Source: Bacteroidota bacterium (GTDB lineage: Bacteria > Bacteroidota > Bacteroidia > AKYH767-A > OLB10). From it: a stretch of 64,000 nt of DNA. The first letter of the stretch is position 1, and each line of letters starts with the position of its first letter. The notes under the pieces were generated by a model. That model was not told where the DNA came from, searched no databases, and saw nothing but the letters and a program-made list of their open reading frames with translations. The position numbers were made by a program, and so were the translations under genes. Below, piece by piece: positions 57,690-64,000 of this stretch. The stretch covers positions 11,028-75,027 of the forward strand of contig JANXSD010000163.1 of assembly GCA_025352785.1 (NCBI GenBank), read 5' to 3'.

Positions 57690-59306
57690 TTAAGCTATCT
57701 CAGGAATTGAAGGTGCAGCTGATAAAATTTCTTCAGAGGCAACATCCGCATATTGAGCGAAATTTTTCACAAACTTCACAGCAAGATCTAACGCTTTTGT
57801 ATCATAATCTGCCTTATCAGACCATGTTAATCGAGGATTTAATATTTCAGAAGGAACAGCAGGGCAAGATTTAGGAACACGCAATTTAAAGATTGGTAAC
57901 TCTTCAAATTCAACTTTATTTAAATCACCGTTTAAGGCTGCCGTTATCATTGAACGTGTAAAACTTAATTTCATTCTAGCTCCAACGCCATAAGATCCTC
58001 CAGACCAACCCGTATTTATTAACCAAACTTTAATTTCTGGATTTTCCTTTAATTTCTTTCCTAGCAACTCAGCGTATTTTGCGGGGTGTAGAGGAAGAAA
58101 AACTTTTCCGAAGCAAGCTGAAAAGGTAGTTATTGGCTCCGTAACCCCCATTTCAGTTCCTGCAACTTTCGCAGTATAACCAGAGATGAAATGATACATC
58201 GCCTGTGCATTATCCAATCTACTGATTGGAGGTAAGACACCAAATGCATCACAGGTAAGGAAGAAAATGTTTTTCGGAATTGATGCAACAGAAGGTTCAA
58301 CAGCATTATCAATATAATTGATTGGATAAGCTACACGAGTATTCTCGGTTTTGCTGATATTATCATAATCAGTAATTGTAGTACCAGGATAAAATTCTGT
58401 GTTCTCTAATAAAGCTCCGAAACGAATCGCATTAAAAATTTGTGGTTCTTTTTCTTTGCTTAGATTCACACATTTCGCATAACATCCACCTTCGAAATTA
58501 AAAACTGAATCATCACTCCATCCATGTTCATCGTCACCAATTAAACCTCTATTAGGATCAGCACTTAAAGTAGTTTTTCCAGTGCCAGATAATCCAAAAA
58601 ACAATGCTGTATCACCATCTTTGCCAATATTAGCAGAGCAATGCATACTTAAAACTCCTTTGTGCTGAGGAAGGACATAATTAAGAACAGTAAATATTCC
58701 TTTTTTGATTTCGCCTGTATATCCAGTTCCTCCAATAAGAATCATTTTCCTAGTGAAATCTATTGCGGCGAAATTATGTTGGCGAGTTCCATCAATTGCT
58801 GGATCTGCAAAAAACCCAGGTGCATTTACAATCACCCAATCAGGGTCCATATTTTCTATTTCTTCTCTAGTTGGACGAAGGAATAAATTGTTTACGAAAA
58901 GATTCTGCCAAGGAAATTCAGATACTAAACGAACGTTTAATCGGAAACGAGGATCTGCACACGCATAACTATCTCGAACATAAACTTCACGTCCAATTAA
59001 ATAAGCCGCCATCCGTTTGTATAAATTTTCAAACTTTGTGGAATCAAATTTAATATTGACATCGCCCCACCAAACGGTATTTTCAGTTTCAGCATCAACA
59101 ACAGTAAATTTATCTTTTGGCGAACGACCAGTAAACTCACCAGTATCTATTGCTAAAGCTCCGGAATCGGTTAATTCTCCTTGTCCTTGTAAAATAGTTT
59201 CTTCAACTAATTCCGCTAGACTCAAGTTCCAATAAGCGGCTGAAAGATTTTTAAGCCCTAAATCAGCAAGAGAAGCATTAGGGTTTTTTATTCCATATTC
59301 ATTCAT
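57690..59306 (-). CDS. pckA: phosphoenolpyruvate carboxykinase (ATP)
   Basis: GLSGTGKTTLS kinase-1a loop and IGDDEHGW. I start it at ATG 59306 (MNEYGIKNPN); the track uses a TTG 7 codons upstream. Confidence 0.96.
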   Translation of the reverse strand: MNEYGIKNPNASLADLGLKNLSAAYWNLSLAELVEETILQGQGELTDSGALAIDTGEFTGRSPKDKFTVVDAETENTVWWGDVNIKFDSTKFENLYKRMAAYLIGREVYVRDSYACADPRFRLNVRLVSEFPWQNLFVNNLFLRPTREEIENMDPDWVIVNAPGFFADPAIDGTRQHNFAAIDFTRKMILIGGTGYTGEIKKGIFTVLNYVLPQHKGVLSMHCSANIGKDGDTALFFGLSGTGKTTLSADPNRGLIGDDEHGWSDDSVFNFEGGCYAKCVNLSKEKEPQIFNAIRFGALLENTEFYPGTTITDYDNISKTENTRVAYPINYIDNAVEPSVASIPKNIFFLTCDAFGVLPPISRLDNAQAMYHFISGYTAKVAGTEMGVTEPITTFSACFGKVFLPLHPAKYAELLGKKLKENPEIKVWLINTGWSGGSYGVGARMKLSFTRSMITAALNGDLNKVEFEELPIFKLRVPKSCPAVPSEILNPRLTWSDKADYDTKALDLAVKFVKNFAQYADVASEEILSAAPSIPEIA

Positions 59307-59364
59307 AGGATTCGCTAATTTTTGCAAAGAAACGTAAAATATAGGCTTCAGTCAACCTATATTT

Positions 59365-59847
59365 TTACCTTTTAAAGCGGTTTTTTATATTTTCTGAAAT
59401 AAGCACTAATTTATGCCCTTTAAATGCTGAATTTAAATTACTTATAAAATTTTGTTGTTCAACTTGATTTAACTCATTTAAATTGAAATAATATTCAACT
59501 TCTCCTTCCCTACCCCAAGGAATGGTTATATAGTTGGGATTTTTACCTGTTTTTCTAGAAAATGTTTCTAACGTTGAGGTTAAAATATTAAGGCCTTCTG
59601 GATCTGTTCCTTCACCGATACTGATTAAAGAAATCGATAATCGGATGGTATCAGGCAATGATTTCTTTAGGTCATCTAGACTCTGAGTTAGAGGTGTTTT
59701 CACAGGTTGTTGTGTACTAGTACTACTTTCAGATGAGGTTGATTCCATTGAAGTGGAAGATAGGGGAGCATTCTCGGTGGAGACCTCCTTTGCGGGTTTA
59801 CAGGAAATAATTCCTATAAATGCGATTGAGAAGAGAAAGGATTTCAT
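59365..59847 (-). CDS. hypothetical lipoprotein with Ser/Thr-rich linker
   Basis: 160 aa. Lipobox-like FIGIISC, then STSMESTSSESSTST. No recognisable domain. Confidence 0.55.
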   Translation of the reverse strand: MKSFLFSIAFIGIISCKPAKEVSTENAPLSSTSMESTSSESSTSTQQPVKTPLTQSLDDLKKSLPDTIRLSISLISIGEGTDPEGLNILTSTLETFSRKTGKNPNYITIPWGREGEVEYYFNLNELNQVEQQNFISNLNSAFKGHKLVLISENIKNRFKR

Positions 59848-59856
59848 TTTGTAAAA

Positions 59857-60270
59857 TTAACTATTTATGCCTTTGTAATCGTCATTCATTTTTATTGAAG
59901 AAATAATCAGTAAAAGCCAACCTATTATAAAACAAAGTCCTCCAAGGGGAGTAAATGGTCCAAGCCAAGTTAAATCAACTTCCATTAACGATTTAGTTGC
60001 AATCAAATAAAGTGATCCTGAAAAAAGAAGAGTCCCATATATAAAAAATCGTGCTACTGTATTTAAAATCTTAGAATCCGATTTCATCTTTAAAAATGCA
60101 ACAATAAAAAGTGCAAATACATGATAAAATTGATAGCGGGTCGCCGTTTCCCAAACTTCGAGCGATCGCATATCAATTTTTTCTCGTAAGGCATGGGCTC
60201 CGAAAGCACCGAAAGCAACGGAAATAATTGCGAAGAAGGATGCGAATTTAATTATAGTTGAGATTTTCAT
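59857..60270 (-). CDS. DUF423 (YgdD-like) membrane protein
   Basis: 137 aa and 4 TM. GAFGAHAL and RYQFYH blocks are typical of DUF423. Confidence 0.8.
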   Translation of the reverse strand: MKISTIIKFASFFAIISVAFGAFGAHALREKIDMRSLEVWETATRYQFYHVFALFIVAFLKMKSDSKILNTVARFFIYGTLLFSGSLYLIATKSLMEVDLTWLGPFTPLGGLCFIIGWLLLIISSIKMNDDYKGINS

Positions 60271-60361
60271 TTTATAAATTATTCTCGTATTATTAATTGT
60301 TGTTAAAAAAATTGCCTCCTCAATATTGACAAAGCTATTTTATGATTTTTAATTCTACTAC

Positions 60362-61345
60362 TTATTTTGATTGGATATATTCATTTAAATCTTCAATGGA
60401 CGATTCAAAAGTAAATACATCATTTACCTTAAAATAATTCCCTAAATCATACGTATGATCATAAGAATATTTTGCAAACTCCAGTTTTGATTCTTCGAAA
60501 GAAAACAATTGCATTATTTCTTTTACTTGAGACACAAACAAACATTGCTTTAATACTACTTGTTTTGCAATAGTCATTTTTGTGTCTTCAAAACTTTTAG
60601 TTTTTATTGTTTGCTTTAATTCATTAAAATCATTTTGTGATAGAGGAACAGGACATCCGTAAGGTCCGTTATAACCAGGTAAATAAGTTGGTGGTAGAGG
60701 AACCGGCTGTTCGTGCTGTGGATATTGATGAATGTTATTTGTGTTGGTAGTAGTGGTTGTAATAGTTTGAGTTGTAGTAGTTGTTGAACTTGAATTAGAA
60801 TCATCCAAACCCGACATATTTATATTTACATTTCCTCCTTGACCACCAACATTTACTCCCATATTAAAATTAACATCATCAGGATTTGAATGAGTTCCCT
60901 TTACAATTGAAGTTGTTGTAGTTTTATGTGTAACAGTTCCAGAATTTGAAGGCTCTGAGGATGGATTATTCATATATTGAATTTCACTTTGTGTAGCAGA
61001 AGTGGCAGGCGCAATTGCAATAGGTACGGCACTTATAAAACGTAAAACATATTCACCTTTTGAATTTTTCTTGATTGAATAAGTTGATTCATTTCCAATC
61101 TGAACTGCTAGATTAAAATTCTTTTCTCCGAAAGTTTTATTTTCAAAAATCACTTTCAGCTTATAATATTCTGCATTTAATCCAGTAATTTTTACATTGG
61201 TTTCAGATTTATCATTTTGACGGATACCATTTAAAATTGTAGTAAATTTTTCGCCATTTTCAGTAAACAATACTGCATTTGCTGTTTGCGCCCAAATTTG
61301 ACAAGCGCATAAAGAAGTGATGATTATGAGCAATAATTTTTTCAT
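60362..61345 (-). CDS. secreted protein with C-terminal DUF4476-like domain and poly-Thr linker
   Basis: 327 aa with a signal peptide, a central SSSTTTTTQTITTTTTNTNN tract, and a C-terminal block FNELKQTIKTKSFEDTKMTIAKQV...SFEESKLEFAKYSY. Confidence 0.65.
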   Translation of the reverse strand: MKKLLLIIITSLCACQIWAQTANAVLFTENGEKFTTILNGIRQNDKSETNVKITGLNAEYYKLKVIFENKTFGEKNFNLAVQIGNESTYSIKKNSKGEYVLRFISAVPIAIAPATSATQSEIQYMNNPSSEPSNSGTVTHKTTTTSIVKGTHSNPDDVNFNMGVNVGGQGGNVNINMSGLDDSNSSSTTTTTQTITTTTTNTNNIHQYPQHEQPVPLPPTYLPGYNGPYGCPVPLSQNDFNELKQTIKTKSFEDTKMTIAKQVVLKQCLFVSQVKEIMQLFSFEESKLEFAKYSYDHTYDLGNYFKVNDVFTFESSIEDLNEYIQSK

Positions 61346-61396
61346 GAAATGAGATTTTTTTTAGTTACAAATTTTGCCTTTCAAGAGTTACATAAT

Positions 61397-61412
61397 TACT
61401 TTTGCAAAAGTA
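61397..61412. promoter_or_regulatory. back-to-back -7 boxes forming the 16-nt palindrome TACTTTTGCAAAAGTA
   Basis: It reads TACTTTTG (a perfect TAnnTTTG match) on both strands, in the divergent intergenic region between 61345 (-) and 61481 (+). Confidence 0.4.
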
Positions 61413-61480
61413 ATACTTCCTTTCATTTATTATTATTCGTTAATTCAGGATGATCTTTTCTATTTTCGCAAACGAATTAC

Positions 61481-62821
61481 ATGAAAAAGATACTATTACT
61501 TGGAGCAGGACGGTCATCAGGAGCTTTGATCAATTATTTACTTGAAAACGCTAATGCTGATAATTACATCCTAAGGGTTGGTGATCGATCCCTTGAATTT
61601 GCAAACGACAAAACAAGGAATCATCCTAAAGCACAGCCATTTAGCTTTGATGTTGAAAATATTGAACAACGTGAAAAAGAAATTTCAACTGCTGATATTA
61701 TCATTTCCCTTCTCCCTCCTGCCCTTCATATTTTAGCTGCAAAAGATTGTTTGAAATTCAGGAAAAATCTCGTAACAGCAAGTTACATATCACCTGAGTT
61801 GTTGGCAATGGATGATGATGTAAAAAACCTGGGATTGCTTTTTTTGAATGAATGTGGTTTAGATCCCGGTATTGATCATATGTCGGCAGTTGAAATTATT
61901 CATCGTCTTAAGCAACAAGGTGCGGAAATAAAATCATTCAAATCATATACAGGAGGATTGGTTGCACCAGAATCAAATGATAATCCATGGGGATATAAAT
62001 TTACTTGGAATCCAAGAAATGTAATTGTAGCTGGACAAGGCACTGCGAGTTATATTAAGAACGGGAAATATCATTACATACCATACAATAGGTTATTTAG
62101 TGAAATTACCCGAATTGAAATTGATGGTTATGGTAAATACGATGGATATGCCAATCGTGATTCCTTAGCATATAGAAATCATTATGGAATAGAAAATATA
62201 CCAACATTAATTCGTGGCACCTTAAGAAACGAAGGATATTGCAGTGCTTGGCAAGTTTTTGTTACTCTAGGTATTACTGATGATACATTTGATGTAGCAG
62301 ATGTAGAAAATTTAACCTACTCACAGTTTGTTGAAGCGTTTATTCCAGCATCAGTTTTTGGTACAACACTAGAAGAAAGAATAGCTCGCTTATGCAATAT
62401 TGATCCTGATGGTCCGGCGATGGAAAAAATTCGATTTACAGGAATATTAGATGACAAAAAAATAGGATTAAAAAAAGCTACTCCTGCACAAATACTTCAA
62501 CATTTACTTGAGCAAAAATGGGTATTAAAAGCAAATGATAAAGACATGATTGTAATGCAACATCAATTTGAATTTTCTGTTGAAGGACATGCAAAAATAT
62601 TATCATCATCCTTAGTTGTAAAAGGTGATGATACAGTTCAAACTGCGATGGCAAAAACCGTTGGGTTACCCCTTGGAATTGCTTCACGTTTAATCCTTAA
62701 TGGTACTATCCAAGTAAGTGGCGTTCATATTCCTGTTTTAGAAGGAATTTACAAGCCAATATTAAAAGAATTAATGAAAATGGGAATTCGATTTGTAGAG
62801 GTGGAAAAAAATAATGGGTGA
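61481..62821 (+). CDS. saccharopine dehydrogenase family protein
   Basis: 446 aa. N-terminal Rossmann ILLLGAGRSSG and the conserved NECGLDPGIDHM block of saccharopine reductase/dehydrogenase enzymes. Confidence 0.88.
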   Translation: MKKILLLGAGRSSGALINYLLENANADNYILRVGDRSLEFANDKTRNHPKAQPFSFDVENIEQREKEISTADIIISLLPPALHILAAKDCLKFRKNLVTASYISPELLAMDDDVKNLGLLFLNECGLDPGIDHMSAVEIIHRLKQQGAEIKSFKSYTGGLVAPESNDNPWGYKFTWNPRNVIVAGQGTASYIKNGKYHYIPYNRLFSEITRIEIDGYGKYDGYANRDSLAYRNHYGIENIPTLIRGTLRNEGYCSAWQVFVTLGITDDTFDVADVENLTYSQFVEAFIPASVFGTTLEERIARLCNIDPDGPAMEKIRFTGILDDKKIGLKKATPAQILQHLLEQKWVLKANDKDMIVMQHQFEFSVEGHAKILSSSLVVKGDDTVQTAMAKTVGLPLGIASRLILNGTIQVSGVHIPVLEGIYKPILKELMKMGIRFVEVEKNNG

Positions 62822-62867
62822 GAAATTAATTTTCAGCAACTGGAATTTACTATTCGATAATAATAAT

Positions 62868-63575
62868 TTAAAATGCTGGATAAAACTCTTTCGTTAATAC
62901 TTTATAAGCATCCGTAAAAGTAGTGTCTGATTCACGTAAAATAATATCTTTCTCTTTTAATTCTTCATCAATTCTACTGAACTCCATCAGTACACGTTTT
63001 GCAGGTTTACCAATGATAGTATGCACATGAGTTATTCGATTGCAAAACAATCCATCTTGCTCTGCCTTTTCTCTGAAAATTATTCCTTCTTTTGAAGGTA
63101 AGATCACACAAAATTTTCCTGAAGTCGTAAGTAAACGAATAATTCCTTGCAATAATTCTTCATAGGATAATGACGCGGAAGCTTGTCGTGCTCTATTTCT
63201 TGCTTCGTCGGTCGGAGCAAATGAATCAATAAAATATGGAGGGTTACTAACGATGAGATCAAACTTACGATGTGGATGAAAATCTTGAAGAGATGCGTGA
63301 ATTACCCTCAAACGATTTGACCAAGGTGAGGCATTTACATTGACCAATGCTTGCTTGAAAGCATCGTTATCAATATCAATCGCATCAATGTGTGCATCGT
63401 ATTTCTGAGCCATCATCAATGCAATTAATCCGGTTCCAGTGCCAATATCTAAAATGTGCTCCGCACTCTCTAAACTTATCCAAGCACCAAGTAAAACTCC
63501 ATCAGTGCCTACTTTCATTGCGCACTTATCCTGAAGGATAGTAAATCGTTTAAAATGAAAAACAGATGCGGGCAT
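62868..63575 (-). CDS. tRNA1(Val) (adenine37-N6)-methyltransferase (YfiC/TrmN6-like)
   Basis: I start it at the ATG giving MPASVFHFKRFTILQDKCAMKVGTDGVLLGAW (the track uses a TTG 13 codons upstream, at 63614). ILDIGTGTGLI (motif I) and SNPPYF (motif IV). Confidence 0.85.
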   Translation of the reverse strand: MPASVFHFKRFTILQDKCAMKVGTDGVLLGAWISLESAEHILDIGTGTGLIALMMAQKYDAHIDAIDIDNDAFKQALVNVNASPWSNRLRVIHASLQDFHPHRKFDLIVSNPPYFIDSFAPTDEARNRARQASASLSYEELLQGIIRLLTTSGKFCVILPSKEGIIFREKAEQDGLFCNRITHVHTIIGKPAKRVLMEFSRIDEELKEKDIILRESDTTFTDAYKVLTKEFYPAF

Positions 63576-63764
63576 AGAAGGATTGTAAGTCAAATATAAT
63601 AAAAGAAAATTCAATTAAAATTTCCATATTAATTTAGCCTTAAAACAGAACTGAAATGATGTCAAAATCCTTCTAGTAATCTTGAATAAATTACATTAAT
63701 AGACTTTTCCGAAAAATTTATAAAACTTTTAAAATTGACTATCAATATATTACAATTTTATTTA

Positions 63765-63785
63765 GTACTATGCATTGCATAGTAC
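63765..63785. promoter_or_regulatory. 10-bp perfect inverted repeat GTACTATGCA-T-TGCATAGTAC (candidate operator)
   Basis: It lies 13 nt upstream of a perfect -7 box TATGTTTG (63799..63806) and covers the expected -33 position (TTG at 63775..63777, 21-nt spacer). It is upstream of the partial PadR-like gene. Confidence 0.35.
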
Positions 63786-63940
63786 CTTTTAATATTCTTA
63801 TGTTTGCAAAGTCAAAAAATAAGTAGGGGTAAAATTGATCTACAAAATTCAAATGATAGCTACATTTCGAATAATGAAAATCAACGGATAGCGTCAATGC
63901 TAGCAAAACAAAATCCACCTTTATAAAACAACTCGAAAAA

Positions 63941-64000
63941 ATGAGCAATCTAGAAAACACCCAATTACAAATGAGGAAAGGGGTGTTAGAGTTTTGCATC
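63941..64000 (+). CDS. PadR-like transcriptional regulator, first 20 codons (gene runs off the right edge)
   Basis: MSNLENTQLQMRKGVLEFCI. The ..Q.RKG.LE.CIL.. start is typical of PadR-family winged-helix regulators. Only 20 codons are visible. Confidence 0.45.
   Translation, partial: MSNLENTQLQMRKGVLEFCI

Noticed and set aside
63742-63999. 85-aa minus-strand ORF at the right edge
   Set aside because: It covers the promoter/operator region and the start of the plus-strand PadR-like gene. The translation is low-complexity (Phe/Leu/Ile/Cys) with no motif.
1-64000. Window-wide scan for CRISPR arrays, tRNA/rRNA genes, transposases or integrases, toxin-antitoxin pairs and known defence-system genes
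   Set aside because: I saw no regularly spaced direct repeats, no GGTTCGAATCC-type T-arm motifs, and no DDE, tyrosine-recombinase or serine-recombinase-like translations. No short adjacent gene pairs typical of TA modules were evident by eye. A proper tRNAscan, CRISPR finder or defence-finder run would be needed to exclude them formally.

Overview
This is an AT-rich chromosomal segment (mid-30s % GC by eye, not computed) from a Bacteroidota genome, probably Flavobacteriia-like. The evidence is T9SS type A and type B C-terminal sorting domains, an XrtF-type exosortase, DUF4199/DUF4476/DUF4159-type proteins, and Bacteroidota TAnnTTTG -7 boxes upstream of many genes. I support about 54 protein-coding features, mostly housekeeping: mutL, lpdA, rlmD, rocD, ychF, yebC-like, dnaK, lpxK, pckA, rsmE and others. 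There is one RNA gene, a type A RNase P RNA at 4671..5061 (minus), which explains away two track ORFs. One T9SS-cargo pseudogene carries two frameshifts. Two edge-truncated genes are missing from the track: a rhomboid protease at the left edge and a PadR-like regulator at the right edge. I saw no tRNA/rRNA, CRISPR array, transposase or integrase. The stand-out region is 27.6-36.3 kb. It starts with a 59-codon gene below the ORF-track cutoff that encodes only a signal peptide plus a PIDGG / TM helix / poly-Lys-Arg tail, with its own promoter and terminator. A tightly packed plus-strand operon follows: xrtF, the XrtF partner protein, a GtrB/DPM1-like GT2, a SAM methyltransferase and three tandem paralogous GT-C-like (ArnT/PMT-like) membrane proteins. 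An atypical polyprenyl-phosphate sugar transferase converges on its end. I interpret this as a candidate exosortase-F-linked periplasmic glycosylation and sorting system with a mini-peptide substrate. All functional calls rest on motifs read by eye, with no database search.
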